A DNA stretch of 64,000 nucleotides from Sulfolobales archaeon (GTDB lineage Archaea; Thermoproteota; Thermoprotei_A; Sulfolobales; NBVN01), in contig JAWBTQ010000006.1 in NCBI GenBank assembly GCA_038841535.1, positions 1-64,000 of the forward strand. Direction: 5' to 3'. Shown here piece by piece: positions 50,102 through 61,281 of this stretch; the stretch's first letter is position 1, and each line of letters opens with the position of its first letter. Made by a program: the position numbers and the translations under genes. The notes beneath the pieces were generated by a model that made no database searches, was not told where the DNA came from, and saw only the letters and a list, made by a program, of their open reading frames with translations.

Positions 50102-50518
50102 TTGAGGAGTGCAGAAGTGAAGAGGCTGGTTGTAGTTGATTCTAATAGATGTGTAGGTTGTGATTTATGTGTTTACGCTTGTACTAATAGATACGGTTAC
50201 ACAGGCATCAATAAGTCAGCTATATACGTCAGGTCTGCTGGAGGTGTTGAAAGAGGTTTTGTTGTAGTAGTATGCAGAGCCTGCAAGGACCCACCATGTG
50301 CTAGGGCATGTCCTGTTAACGCACTTATACCAAGGCAGGGCGGTGGTGTAGTCCTGAACCCGAGTAAGTGCATTGGCTGTGGCTTCTGCATTAATGCTTG
50401 CGATATAGGTGCGGTAATGTGGGACTCTGAGTTCATGAAGCCTGTGATATGTACTCACTGCGGTTATTGTGTGGCTTTCTGTCCACATAGTGTTCTGTCT
50501 CTAGAAGAGGTGGGGTAG
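50102..50518 (+). CDS. 4Fe-4S dicluster protein (AOR-associated)
   Basis: Four Cys clusters: CVGCDLC, CRAC..PPC...CP, CIGCGFC and CTHCGYC...CP. Confidence 0.95.
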   Translation: MRSAEVKRLVVVDSNRCVGCDLCVYACTNRYGYTGINKSAIYVRSAGGVERGFVVVVCRACKDPPCARACPVNALIPRQGGGVVLNPSKCIGCGFCINACDIGAVMWDSEFMKPVICTHCGYCVAFCPHSVLSLEEVG

Positions 50519-50519
50519 G

Positions 50520-52295
50520 GTGGTTGACTGGGTGAAAACTCTCTCTAAAGTTCTCTACATAGATTTGGGTAGAAAGCTTTTCTGGGTCGAAAACAGAGAA
50601 GATCTCTTTAGCAAATGGTTGGGGGGCATAGGTGTCGCAATACAGCTATATAGAGAGGAAGTGCCGAAAGGGGTAGACCCGTTAGGACCTGAAAACACTG
50701 CGGTCTTCGCTGTTGGGCCTCTCACGGGTGTTTTCCCAATGGCCTCGAAGGTCGTTGCCGTCTTTAAATCCCCTCTTAATGGGTTTGTTGCCGAATCCCA
50801 TGGTGGCGGTAGGGCTGCTACTGCGATAAGATTTGCCGGTTATGGCGCTATAGTTATAAAAGGTGCGAGCGATATGCCTATCTACGCTGTAATAGATGAA
50901 GAGAAAGTAAGGTTTAGAGATGCTGGAGCACTGTGGGGTATGAGGAGTTCTGAGACTGTGGGTAGAGTTCTGCGAGAAGCTCTTCCAGGTGCTGGCTACA
51001 GAACGATAATGAGGATAGGTAGAGCCGGTGAGAAACTCGTTAGATATTCTACTCTAACCGCTGAAACCTACAGACACTTTGGGAGGATGGGGCTTGGAGC
51101 AGTATTTGGTTCGAAGAAACTGAAAGCCCTTGTAGTAATAGGTAAAAAGGGGTTTAAGCTACCAGATATCAAAGCTTATAGGGAGATCTATAGGGAGCTA
51201 TACGAGTTAACTAGAGGACCTAGCACTAGGAAGTACCATGACCTAGGTACAGCAGCAAACGTAGTACCTCTAGATAAGTTGGGGGCACTACCTACGAGAA
51301 ACTTTTCTAGTGGGAGGTTTGAGGGTGCGCGAGAGATCAGTGGTGAGAAGTTGGCAGAGGAAAGCCTCTCCAGAAGGCTGGCTTGTACTGCGTGTCCTGT
51401 AGCGTGTATTCACCTAGCTACCATAAGAGAGGAGTATGAAGACGAAAAGTACTTCTATAAGACGGAGTTCGTTCCATACGACCACGAACCAATATACTCT
51501 CTTGGAAGCAACTTAGGGATTAGCGATAGGTATGGTCTACTCAAACTAATCAAGGCTGTAGAGGATGAGGGACTGGACGCCATATCTACGGGTGTAGTTC
51601 TAGCGTGGGCGACAGAAGCCTTAGAAAGAGGAATAATCAACGTAAAAGAGACTCTGGTTGAGCTTAGATGGGGAAATTGGAGAAACTACGTTAAGGCAGT
51701 TAACTACATAGTGCTACAACCAAATGAGTTTTATAAATCTCTATCACTAGGTGTTGAAGAAGCTGCTTCTAAGTATGGTGGGCTAGAGTTTGCTCTTGCT
51801 TACAACAAGGTTGAGCCTGCAGGCTATCATACAGGACCCTTATTCCACGCTTCTCTAGCTATAGGGTTTAGGCACTCACATTTAGACTCTGGAGCTTACA
51901 GCATCGACCAAAACCTCGTCGCTACTGGGGCCTCGTTGCCGAGCCCCGAAGATACTGCTAGACTAATCATAGGGGAAGAATCTTGGAGGCAGGTATTAAA
52001 TTCACTAGTAGTATGCCTCTTCGCTCGTAGTGTTTACACCGGAAAGACCATCGAGAAAGCTCTGAAAGCACTAGGTTACGATATCAATGAACAGACACTG
52101 GTGGATCTGGGCAAGCAGATATATTTAGTGAAGCATAAAATTAAGGTGCTTGAGGGATTTAAACCTGACGGACTGAGAATTCCCAGAAGATTTCTAGAGA
52201 CTCCTACTCCCCTAGGTCAAGTCTCAGAAGAGTATCTTAGAAAAATAATAGCCCACTACGCTAAGCTAGTGAGCGAGAACTCTGGGTATGGTTAA
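50520..52295 (+). CDS. aldehyde:ferredoxin oxidoreductase family (tungsten-pterin) enzyme
   Basis: FKSPL, GRMGLGAVFGSKKLKA, GLDAISTG and NSLVVCLF. Confidence 0.93.
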   Translation: MVDWVKTLSKVLYIDLGRKLFWVENREDLFSKWLGGIGVAIQLYREEVPKGVDPLGPENTAVFAVGPLTGVFPMASKVVAVFKSPLNGFVAESHGGGRAATAIRFAGYGAIVIKGASDMPIYAVIDEEKVRFRDAGALWGMRSSETVGRVLREALPGAGYRTIMRIGRAGEKLVRYSTLTAETYRHFGRMGLGAVFGSKKLKALVVIGKKGFKLPDIKAYREIYRELYELTRGPSTRKYHDLGTAANVVPLDKLGALPTRNFSSGRFEGAREISGEKLAEESLSRRLACTACPVACIHLATIREEYEDEKYFYKTEFVPYDHEPIYSLGSNLGISDRYGLLKLIKAVEDEGLDAISTGVVLAWATEALERGIINVKETLVELRWGNWRNYVKAVNYIVLQPNEFYKSLSLGVEEAASKYGGLEFALAYNKVEPAGYHTGPLFHASLAIGFRHSHLDSGAYSIDQNLVATGASLPSPEDTARLIIGEESWRQVLNSLVVCLFARSVYTGKTIEKALKALGYDINEQTLVDLGKQIYLVKHKIKVLEGFKPDGLRIPRRFLETPTPLGQVSEEYLRKIIAHYAKLVSENSGYG

Positions 52296-52336
52296 ATTAG
52301 CTGTGCGATGATGCTGACGCAGAGATATTAGCGCGC

Positions 52337-53746
52337 TCAGAATAGCTCAAGTTTGGCTGCCTTTCTAAAGGTTAGAAGAAGCTCGGGAGTTTTACGTAGT
52401 TCAACGTACTCACATACCTCGCTAGCGTTCCTTAAGACGCCGAGAGTGGAGATGCCTTCACCTATCTTTACAGAATTGAGATACTCTTCTACAACTTGAT
52501 GTGGTCGCGTGTACTTCCTTCTTCTTAAAGTAAATATCCGCCCGCTAGGACTTACGTAAGGACCGAGGTTTTTGTCGCTGAGAAAGTACTTCAGAGTGAA
52601 GGACTTGATATCAGTAACCTTCCCCAGTGGAGGACCGGGATGTACCTCGTAAGGAGGAAGCTCCTTGGGTAGCAAGGTAATCACGAGAAAAGCTTCAGAA
52701 AGTTCATCGCTCCATATCGAGTAGCTTACTACTGCAAAACCAGCTCTTTGCAAAAAACCGATTAGAGATTTCGTAACAGACCTCAGCTTACCCCATAGGA
52801 CATCGGGAACTACCTCACTAGCGAGCTTAAAGAGTACTCCAATGGCCTCACGCCCGGAATTTGTTATAGTGTGGCACATGTTTTTAACACTATCTAACTC
52901 GGGGGCTCGAACTCCAGATACTATTAGCTCCTTGGACGGTTTTTGTAAGAAGATCGATGAAGCCAGTACTACCCTAGCCAGAGACTCTGCTGATACAGCT
53001 GACGCCGCGTTTCTCTTCGGGTCGACGGGGTCCAAAACGATTAGAGGAGCCTTGAACACTTTTTTCAGACAGCTGCGGTTAATCTTAGTTGAGTCTTCAT
53101 CTATAACGACAACCTCACCAAAGCGCCATCCAGCGATATTCGCTATAGCGTTAAGAAAATTTCTGTACTTAATTGCGAGTAGTTCCGTAAGATATCCCGA
53201 GAAGCCTTCGACCTTTATTTCAGCTCCATAAACTCCCACGCTCCTAAAGAACGCTTTAAGTAGTCTAACCTCGTCTTTCATATCTTCAGTGAGCCTACTT
53301 AAAACGTACTTCGTGTGGAAAGGTGTTCTATCGACCGCAGTCTTAATTTCTGATATATCTTTAGCCCAATATGCAGGCACTATATCTATTTCATACTTCC
53401 CAAGACTTATGTATATGTATGGGTGAGTAGCGTACTTCAGTTTAACTCCTTTATAGAGATCCTTAAAGATGTCGAAGAGGGGTCTAATGACTTCGCTCTC
53501 AAGCCACTCCTTACTTATATCATCGTATCTTATGAGCAAGAAGACGTCTAAGTCTATCATGCCCCTCAGTTCCGTCCCTTTGGCTACAGATCCGTGCAAC
53601 TCTACAGTAAAATCGTAAGGTATATGAAGGGATCCTTCCACTAACCTCTTGACCTCCTCGAATATCCTCAGTGCCTCGTACCTCTCCTCTTCTTGAGGCT
53701 TTATTTCACTGATCGCTTCCTCTAATACTTTCTTAAGTTCCTCCAT
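52337..53746 (-). CDS. cca: class I CCA-adding tRNA nucleotidyltransferase
   Basis: GSVAKGT..DLDVF, YATHPY, AVDRTPFHT, GFSGYLTELL and DPVDPKRN. Confidence 0.97.
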   Translation of the reverse strand: MEELKKVLEEAISEIKPQEEERYEALRIFEEVKRLVEGSLHIPYDFTVELHGSVAKGTELRGMIDLDVFLLIRYDDISKEWLESEVIRPLFDIFKDLYKGVKLKYATHPYIYISLGKYEIDIVPAYWAKDISEIKTAVDRTPFHTKYVLSRLTEDMKDEVRLLKAFFRSVGVYGAEIKVEGFSGYLTELLAIKYRNFLNAIANIAGWRFGEVVVIDEDSTKINRSCLKKVFKAPLIVLDPVDPKRNAASAVSAESLARVVLASSIFLQKPSKELIVSGVRAPELDSVKNMCHTITNSGREAIGVLFKLASEVVPDVLWGKLRSVTKSLIGFLQRAGFAVVSYSIWSDELSEAFLVITLLPKELPPYEVHPGPPLGKVTDIKSFTLKYFLSDKNLGPYVSPSGRIFTLRRRKYTRPHQVVEEYLNSVKIGEGISTLGVLRNASEVCEYVELRKTPELLLTFRKAAKLELF

Positions 53747-54311
53747 CGTCTCTCAGCCTAAATACCACCACGTCGGTGTAGATCGGACCCTTCGGCGTCA
53801 GCTGGCTTCTCTTTAGCTTTACCTGAGTTACAGGACTTATACCGAAGTCTACGAACTCGTACCTCCTTAAGCATGTGGCTAAGCAATCTGGTTTGTACCT
53901 ACCCTTAATTCTAGCGACAGTGATGTGAGGAATGAACTCCTCGTGGTCTTCCTTAGCGATGGTCTTTAGACAGCTTTCAAAAGAGTTTCGAATATTCTTG
54001 AGAACCTCTGCTCCATCTTTAACACCTACCCACACGACTCTTGGTTTAGCGGTGTTCGGAAAAGCTCCTGCTCCGTGTACGGATATATGGAACTTCTTGA
54101 AGTTTTCAACAACACGTAGACACCCTACTATCCTAGGGAGATAGGACTCGGAAACCTCACCTATGAACCTTAGGGTAATATGTATGTTCTCATCTTCTAC
54201 GGGTTTTATTCCGCTATCAATCGAACAAGAGGCTATAGCATCTCTAAACTCTATGATTCTTCTCCAAGACTCCGTGTTTTCTATCTCTACAGCTACGAAT
54301 AACCTAATCAC
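53733..54311 (-). CDS. thpR: RNA 2',3'-cyclic phosphodiesterase (2H, LigT-like)
   Basis: RLFVAV, HITL, PHIT and SQLTPKGPIY. Confidence 0.95.
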   Translation of the reverse strand: MIRLFVAVEIENTESWRRIIEFRDAIASCSIDSGIKPVEDENIHITLRFIGEVSESYLPRIVGCLRVVENFKKFHISVHGAGAFPNTAKPRVVWVGVKDGAEVLKNIRNSFESCLKTIAKEDHEEFIPHITVARIKGRYKPDCLATCLRRYEFVDFGISPVTQVKLKRSQLTPKGPIYTDVVVFRLRDDGGT

Positions 54312-54638
54312 ACTCTCACCACTTTATAAGTGACTCCAAAACTAAGTACAAGATAGTGCAATTCACTACACTCGCTGAGATTAGTCTACTCCAAAGCACC
54401 TTTCTAGCGCCTACCAGAGTCATCATCAAGGATCAGTAAGTAGGAGGAATTATAAGTTAGCTATTAACTCCTAGATCCGAAAACTCTTAATCTAGAGTAG
54501 AATAGAGCTATGAAGGAAGATGGTCCCTCTTAATAGAGCTGGAAATTATCGGGTTCTAATGATTAAACAAGTGTTCTGAGTCTAGTGCTCCGTGTTTGCA
54601 TTAGTATGTCATTAAATTAAGGAACTTGAGCGAAAGAG

Positions 54639-55334
54639 TTATAACCTAGGAGAACTGATCTGCTTTAATACTCCCTCAAACAAGCTCATGGATCTATCAA
54701 CGTACTCCAGTAACCTAGCATCGTGAGTTACTATTACTATCGTTGTCCCGAAGTCTTTCTTTATGCTTAAGAAAAGCTCGGCCACCTTAATTGCGTTAGA
54801 CCAGTCCAGGCTTGCCGTAGGTTCGTCTGCCAGCAACACTGATGGAGTAGTGACTAAGGCTCTCCCTATGGCTACTCTTTGCTTTTCTCCCCCAGAAAGC
54901 TTTCCAGTTCTTAGGTTCGCTTTGTCTTTAAGTCCCACGTAGTCTAGTATTTCCATGACCTTCTTCTTTCTAACATCAGCATCAACACCTGCCAATAGAA
55001 GTGGTACTTCCACATTCTCATAAACAGTCATAGTATCAATAACCGCGAAATCTTGAGGTATGTAGCTACAAACATTATTTCTATAAAGAGCTAGGCCATA
55101 TTCATCTAGCATGTTTAAGTTGTAGCCATCCACAATTACCTCACCCTTATCAGGCCTTACTAACCCAGCAATAATCCTCAGCAAAGTGGTTTTACCCGAG
55201 CCGCTGGGACCGTGAATACCAACAACTTCACCTCTATAAGCCACCATGTTTATACCTTTAAGTATGTTTATACTCATTCCTAAGAAGGCATAAGACTTCC
55301 AGACATCCCTAAGTAGCACTACTACCTCCGCCAT
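54639..55334 (-). CDS. LolD/MacB-type ABC transporter ATP-binding protein
   Basis: GPSGSGKTT, LSGGEKQRVAI, LADEPT and VTHD. Confidence 0.95.
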   Translation of the reverse strand: MAEVVVLLRDVWKSYAFLGMSINILKGINMVAYRGEVVGIHGPSGSGKTTLLRIIAGLVRPDKGEVIVDGYNLNMLDEYGLALYRNNVCSYIPQDFAVIDTMTVYENVEVPLLLAGVDADVRKKKVMEILDYVGLKDKANLRTGKLSGGEKQRVAIGRALVTTPSVLLADEPTASLDWSNAIKVAELFLSIKKDFGTTIVIVTHDARLLEYVDRSMSLFEGVLKQISSPRL

Positions 55335-55343
55335 AGGCTTACC

Positions 55344-55769
55344 TCAGACTATTGTAGCGCTACAACTCTCTTTAACTTTTCTCGCGTAGTACGTAAGAAG
55401 AGTTAAGGAGGAGGTTTCCGAAAGTACTAAAGTAAGTAAAACGATAACGGCCCTATTGGACGGAATCGTCGATAATGATAGCGGTAATGCTATGATAAAG
55501 GATATCGCTACCTTAAGCAGGCTTAAGTGTTTTGGCACAGCTCCACTGATTAATATTGAGTAGAAAAACTGGTTATACGTGTACTTACCGTACTCTACTA
55601 TAGTTAAACCAGCAATCGATGCTAGTAGAGGAACCAAATTAATTGCTTCTGAGTTACGCACGGAATATGAAAGAAGCAGTATCGACGCTGAAACTAAGAT
55701 CAGTACTATATGAGAAGATGTTGTTATGAGCGTCCTTCCAGCTACCTTGAATACTTCGTATGCCCTCAT
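55344..55769 (-). CDS. small 4-TM membrane protein (minimal FtsX-like permease?)
   Basis: Four hydrophobic helices; 9 nt upstream of the ABC ATPase; F.SILISGA resembles an FtsX coupling loop. Confidence 0.55.
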   Translation of the reverse strand: MRAYEVFKVAGRTLITTSSHIVLILVSASILLLSYSVRNSEAINLVPLLASIAGLTIVEYGKYTYNQFFYSILISGAVPKHLSLLKVAISFIIALPLSLSTIPSNRAVIVLLTLVLSETSSLTLLTYYARKVKESCSATIV

Positions 55770-56048
55770 AACTTAGTCACTCTCTCCATCTAGGCCTCGA
55801 GGAAGGCTTCGATTTCGGCCCCGCCGATGTTCTACACTAGGTCGCAGCAAAAATCGCTTCATGCTTATCACGAGGCTTAGCACCCCGAAACAACTATTAA
55901 AAACACTTAGAGTACCTTCTGAGCACCCCCAAAAGCACCGTGAAGTATTAGGAAGATTCTCCGGTAGCAAGCCTTCCATCCCTATCACTAAAGTCCGATC
56001 TCGACATAATTAATTAATCTTAGCTAGCTTAACAGCATGCTCTCGTTC

Positions 56049-57614
56049 TTAGAACTCTGGGTGTATTTCGAGCACCATTCCCTCTATCACTATAGGGTTT
56101 AATTTATTAGCTAGTTTAAGTGCTTCCGTTAGTCGGCTCTCTGAGTTACTGAAGATCTCCATCATTAATTGACCACTCTTAACTCTATGCCCGCGTTTCA
56201 CATAAAGCTTTACACCAGCACCCTTATCTTTTGGGGCACCAGCTACTATAGCTATTTGAGCTACTGCCTTATTGTGAACTCCGGTTACATACCCGTCAGC
56301 TACAGCTCTTATCTCAGCCTTATACCTTCCAACGGGTATATCTTCTGGCTTAATGTTGGGATTTCCGCCCATAACTTCAACGATTTTTCTAAACGTTTCA
56401 CAAGCTTTACCCGAATCGAGCAATCTCAATGCCGCAGCTCTTCCTTCACCGCTTGGAACAATACCGGCCATTTCAAGTACAAGTCCAGCAAGTGAAGCCG
56501 CTTTTTCGCGCACTGACATAGGTCCACCTCCCATTAGTGTTTCAAGAGCCTCTCTAGCTTCTAATGATGGACCTATAGAATAACCAACTGGCTGGTCGCC
56601 GTAAGTTATCGCACACTTTATGTCTATTCCTAGCTCTCGCGAGACATGTGTAAATAGAGAAGCTATCTTTCTACCCTCCTGTACGGACTCTATCTTAGCT
56701 CCATGACCTACCGGGATGTCTAACACTAAGTTTCTAACACTCATACTCAGCTTCTTAGACAGTATCGACGCAACCATTTGAGATACTGGGTCCAACCTCA
56801 ACTTGTACTCTACTCGGATCAGTATGTCATCAGCTGGGGCTAGATTCAGAGAACCACCCCAAATAATGAAGCCCCTAACTTTTTTCGCTAACTCCAAGAC
56901 TTCCTCCGCTGTGAATGTGACTGGAGCAATTGTTTCCATAGTATCAGCTGTTCCAGCTGGAGAAGTTATAGCTCTCGATGAGGTTTTAGGTATGAATAGT
57001 CCTGCTGCTGCTACTATTGGAACAGCTACTATTGATACCTTTGAATTACCTGGTACACCACCTATTGAGTGCATATCGTACGCAATTTCACCAAAATCTA
57101 GTACCTCACCAGTCTCGACCATGGCTTTTGTTAAGCTCACTATTTCAGATACGTCCATACCGATGACGGTCTGCGCCACAACAAAGGCCGCTATTTCTGC
57201 TTCACTCAGCACGCCAGATACGACATCGCGAATGATGCTCCTGATCTCGTCAGGAGTAAGCTTGTTACCGGAGAGCTTCTTTACGATGTGCTCGATAGCC
57301 GGGGTACTTGTAAAGAGATCTACATCGAGTTCGCTAGGTTTCCCCAGCTCTCTGTATATATTGGTAGGTATGCCCATAGATGGTTCGTCATCGTCAGTAA
57401 TTACGGCCCACAGAGACGTTGTCTTGGAGCTCGTTTGAACCCTTAGCCTAGCTCCTCCACTAACTCCAAGCTCACTACCTACTCTCTTACTAATGAAGAC
57501 TAACCGAAGATCACCTACGTCTACCTGAACTTCGCGTGTAGGTATCTTCATAGCTAGTATTCTAACCATAGGAAGGTTAATAAATTCCTTGCTTTCGGTA
57601 ACTAACATCCCCAC
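56049..57614 (-). CDS. AMP phosphorylase (NMP phosphorylase)
   Basis: HSIGGVPGN, IPKTSSRAITSPAGTAD, LAPADD, ASILSKK and AGAPKDKGAG. Confidence 0.95.
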   Translation of the reverse strand: MGMLVTESKEFINLPMVRILAMKIPTREVQVDVGDLRLVFISKRVGSELGVSGGARLRVQTSSKTTSLWAVITDDDEPSMGIPTNIYRELGKPSELDVDLFTSTPAIEHIVKKLSGNKLTPDEIRSIIRDVVSGVLSEAEIAAFVVAQTVIGMDVSEIVSLTKAMVETGEVLDFGEIAYDMHSIGGVPGNSKVSIVAVPIVAAAGLFIPKTSSRAITSPAGTADTMETIAPVTFTAEEVLELAKKVRGFIIWGGSLNLAPADDILIRVEYKLRLDPVSQMVASILSKKLSMSVRNLVLDIPVGHGAKIESVQEGRKIASLFTHVSRELGIDIKCAITYGDQPVGYSIGPSLEAREALETLMGGGPMSVREKAASLAGLVLEMAGIVPSGEGRAAALRLLDSGKACETFRKIVEVMGGNPNIKPEDIPVGRYKAEIRAVADGYVTGVHNKAVAQIAIVAGAPKDKGAGVKLYVKRGHRVKSGQLMMEIFSNSESRLTEALKLANKLNPIVIEGMVLEIHPEF

Positions 57615-57697
57615 AAATAGACTAGTAATGAACGAAACTAGGTTTTGCGAGTAAAGTACTTATAACTCTCTGGGAAGCTAGTGTACTGGAGTTTGGA

Positions 57698-60061
57698 TTG
57701 AGCAAGAGTAGTGGGAAAAAAGTTAAGGAACATAAAGCTAAAGTAGGGTTGTTGAGAGTAGCAACAAATAGGAAGTTCGTCTTGGTTTTAGGACTCGCAC
57801 TACTCGTCTTTTCAGTTACTTACGGCGTTCACCTTAGAATGCGGATAGTTCAAAACTCTATTGAACACGGCTACGGTCCCACACTCTACGAGCTCGATCC
57901 CTTCCAAGAATACTTCGTTGCTAGTGTTCTACTCGAGCATGGGCTTGACTACGTAACCTATCTGAATCACTACAATAACCTAACACACCTATTCTGGTAC
58001 CCCTGGGGCAGAGATTTCACTCACAGTGTTTACATAGGACTCCCAATCTTTTCTATTGGAACGTACCACTTAGTCAGGTTGTTTAACCCCGGGATGACTT
58101 TATACGAGTGGATGGTCTACCTACCACCACTGTTCTTCGTGATATCTGTCGTGGGTATCTACCTAGCTGTACGCGAGCTCTCATCCGACTTACCTGCCGG
58201 GATTGCGTCATTAAGCTACTCCTTGATGTTTAATAGTAGGCAGCTCGCTGGTTTTACAGTTAAGTACTCGATCGGTTTAGCTTTTCTCTCTATAGCCATA
58301 TTCTTTCATATAAGGGCTTGGAAGAGAAGAGATTACTTTAGTGCCTCTTTAGCAGGGCTCATGCTAGGTCTAGCCGCTCTTGGGTGGGCCGGCTATAACG
58401 TAGTGTTCGTAGCTATGGTCGCCCACGTAGTGCTCTTGCCATTCGTGAGGCAACTAAGTATTAAAGACCTTGTTCTTTGGGTGATAGAGTACGCACCACT
58501 GTTTATCCTGCAAGTAATAGCACCTACATATGGAATTAGGTACGTAGTTAGGTCGGTTGGAGTGCTTGGACCAGCATCCATACTCTTACTCGTACTTGGC
58601 TATCTGATACATAGGGTAGGAGTAAGTAGGTTCTCAACTTACTTAGGGATACTGGCAGAGAGACCGAAGCTCACATACTTTGCGGTTCTCGCAATCGCTG
58701 GATTACTAGGAATCTACGTAATTGTGGGAGGAAAGCTCGCTCTAGCAGGTAAAGCTCTCGCAGCTGTCGGTCTTGGTACTCTTACACACGTACTAGTCGA
58801 AACCGTCGCAGAATATCAACCAGCTGGAGCTCAAGATGTTATTGTAGGTTTAGGTGCTGCGATCGTGTATGCCACTATCTCTACAATATATATGTTCTTG
58901 AGTAGTCTAGTAAAGAAAAGGGACTCTAAGTACGGGTGGTATATACTTCTACTGGCATTAATCCTGATCGTGGCAGCTCTAATTTACGGGAGGCAGGAGT
59001 TACCGCTTTCTCAGTTTGTAGTATCGGCGGCTATAGCTGCCGGACTATTGGGAGCGGCGTTGGGCTCGGGATTGAAAGACGAGTACTTCTTTTTAGTAGC
59101 TCTCTTCGCTTTCTCTATAGTGGGTACAATCAATATCTCGTACTTTAGCTATCTTCTCGCTATAGCCGCCTCCATTCTCGTAGGCTACATAGTATACGTT
59201 TTAATCTCCAGCTCCGTGAGCCGTAGGTCTGGGCTATTAACTAAGCTCATATCCGCTGTAATAGTCTGTGTTTACATAGTCTCGGTAGTTTTTCAGGGCG
59301 CTACTATGTGGGTCAGAGCCTATAATGCTCAACTACCGACCATAGTAGAGGCTTCTCTCGGTCTCAATGTAGAGGCTCCCGTGTGGGTAGATGGCCTCAA
59401 GTGGGTAAAAGAGAACACGCCAGCAGACTCAGTTATAGTTTCGTGGTGGGACTACGGCTACTGGATCAGCGTTATCGGTCGAAGGCCGTCGGTAGCTGAT
59501 GGAGCAACCATTAACGCCACTCATATCGAGATCCTGGCAAACGCATTAACTAGTACAGAAGAAACGGCTTTAGATATATTTGTTAAACAATTTAGGATAA
59601 GGCCAGAGAGGCTCTATGTAGCAGTCTACGAAGTATTCGTTGTTGATGTATCAACTAACTTATTCTACCCGGGTCCACTCGTTTTCGGTAATACGATCCT
59701 CGGAGCTGATGCAGCAAAGGGGATTGCTGCGATATATAAAATAGCAAATAAGACTCCCCCTGTTTACGTATATAGAGACCCTAACGCAGGGATTGCTGTT
59801 GGTCTTCCGGACTGGGTGTCCGAAAATCTGACCTCTACCTTACTTTACAAGGTACTTATTGATGCTGCTTATCAAGTGTGGGGACCTAATGGATATAGAG
59901 CTGCGTTCATATATAGGAACCCGCAGTATCCCCCGGAGATACCTCGACCCGCGATGTCTTTCTTCGAGCCCGCCTATATATCTACATCCCTACTGTTTAC
60001 TCAGGGTTCATACTCGGCTTATGTACTTTTAGCTATATACAAGCCGAGGACTGCCACATGA
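57698..60061 (+). CDS. aglB: oligosaccharyltransferase (STT3 family)
   Basis: ELDP, WYPWGRD, TVAE, WWDYGYW and DGATIN; multi-TM N-terminal half. Confidence 0.93.
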   Translation: MSKSSGKKVKEHKAKVGLLRVATNRKFVLVLGLALLVFSVTYGVHLRMRIVQNSIEHGYGPTLYELDPFQEYFVASVLLEHGLDYVTYLNHYNNLTHLFWYPWGRDFTHSVYIGLPIFSIGTYHLVRLFNPGMTLYEWMVYLPPLFFVISVVGIYLAVRELSSDLPAGIASLSYSLMFNSRQLAGFTVKYSIGLAFLSIAIFFHIRAWKRRDYFSASLAGLMLGLAALGWAGYNVVFVAMVAHVVLLPFVRQLSIKDLVLWVIEYAPLFILQVIAPTYGIRYVVRSVGVLGPASILLLVLGYLIHRVGVSRFSTYLGILAERPKLTYFAVLAIAGLLGIYVIVGGKLALAGKALAAVGLGTLTHVLVETVAEYQPAGAQDVIVGLGAAIVYATISTIYMFLSSLVKKRDSKYGWYILLLALILIVAALIYGRQELPLSQFVVSAAIAAGLLGAALGSGLKDEYFFLVALFAFSIVGTINISYFSYLLAIAASILVGYIVYVLISSSVSRRSGLLTKLISAVIVCVYIVSVVFQGATMWVRAYNAQLPTIVEASLGLNVEAPVWVDGLKWVKENTPADSVIVSWWDYGYWISVIGRRPSVADGATINATHIEILANALTSTEETALDIFVKQFRIRPERLYVAVYEVFVVDVSTNLFYPGPLVFGNTILGADAAKGIAAIYKIANKTPPVYVYRDPNAGIAVGLPDWVSENLTSTLLYKVLIDAAYQVWGPNGYRAAFIYRNPQYPPEIPRPAMSFFEPAYISTSLLFTQGSYSAYVLLAIYKPRTAT

Positions 60062-61281
60062 CGGAGGTTTGTGGACGGTATGTTCTAGTGTCGGCTAACG
60101 AGGTAATCGAGAACGCCTGCCTAGTCTTCAACGAGAATATAGTTAGAGTGGAGAAGGAGAAGGGAGTTCAGGATAACACCTTAGTAACTCATGGTCTTAC
60201 TAGCACGCACACACACCTAGGTCTCTATCCCCTTAGAACTACTCTCACGGGTTACACGAAGCTGGATGAATGGGTAGCAAGGTACGTGTGGCGTTGGGAA
60301 AAGCTCTTACGCAGAGAACCTGAGTTAAGTTATGCTACAGCAGTTCTGGCTCTCTCTAAAGTGGTTTTAAGTGGAGTAACGGCTGTAGCAGATATGCATT
60401 TTAACGAGGATAAGGTCGCTGAAGCCTTACTTAAAGTAGGCATTAGAGGAGACCTAAGTGTGGCGATAATGTCTAGAGGGGTTTATGATTCATTCGAAGT
60501 AGCCGTTGGAGAGAACGTCGAACTAGCTAAGAAGTACGGAGGAAGCAGTTTGATAAAGGTTAGACTGGGACCTACCACGCCGAGATTGCTCTCTCCCCTA
60601 GAGTTTAAGGAAGTTGTTGATAGAGCTAAGGAGATGGGTATTGGAATACACACTCATATCGCTGAAGTTCCTGAGGATGCCGAGTATGTTAGAGGGACGT
60701 ATGGAATGAGCATGAAAGACTTTATTGAGTTCGTAGACTTAAAAGCTGTTAACACTATTATTGCCCACGGGGTGTGGCTGGACTCGGAGACCGAACTGAC
60801 CCTAGCCCACCCTAATATAACTATAGTGCACTGTCCTACATCGAACACCTTATTGAGAGACGGTGTAGCACCAATTAAAAGGTACAGAGATAAGGGAATT
60901 CGCGTAGGTCTAGGGATAGATGTTTCCCTCAGCTACAGCATTCTTGATGAAATCGCTGCGGCAACATATCTTCACTTAGGCCGCGGCGACATAGGTCCTC
61001 GCGAAATGTTTGATGCTGCTACAGCATCGGGATACCAAGCTCTAGAGATTGGTAGAGGCACTATCGAGGTCGGGGAAACAGCTGATATAGTTCTCTGGTC
61101 TATCGATGAACTAACTCTTGATCCTATTGTTGGGTTAATTGCGTCCGGTAGGGTAATTGAAGCATACGTTAGAGGTAGGAAAATAGTTGAGGAAGGTAGT
61201 ATTTTGGGAGTATCTGGTGAGGAAATAGGAGAGTTCGAAAAAGAAGTGTTAAGGTACTTTAAGAAATGCTTTACGGCATAG
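60058..61281 (+). CDS. amidohydrolase (MTA/SAH-deaminase-like subfamily)
   Basis: HTH, SGVT..ADM, HTHIAE, AHGV, HCPTSN and GID. Confidence 0.88.
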   Translation: MTEVCGRYVLVSANEVIENACLVFNENIVRVEKEKGVQDNTLVTHGLTSTHTHLGLYPLRTTLTGYTKLDEWVARYVWRWEKLLRREPELSYATAVLALSKVVLSGVTAVADMHFNEDKVAEALLKVGIRGDLSVAIMSRGVYDSFEVAVGENVELAKKYGGSSLIKVRLGPTTPRLLSPLEFKEVVDRAKEMGIGIHTHIAEVPEDAEYVRGTYGMSMKDFIEFVDLKAVNTIIAHGVWLDSETELTLAHPNITIVHCPTSNTLLRDGVAPIKRYRDKGIRVGLGIDVSLSYSILDEIAAATYLHLGRGDIGPREMFDAATASGYQALEIGRGTIEVGETADIVLWSIDELTLDPIVGLIASGRVIEAYVRGRKIVEEGSILGVSGEEIGEFEKEVLRYFKKCFTA

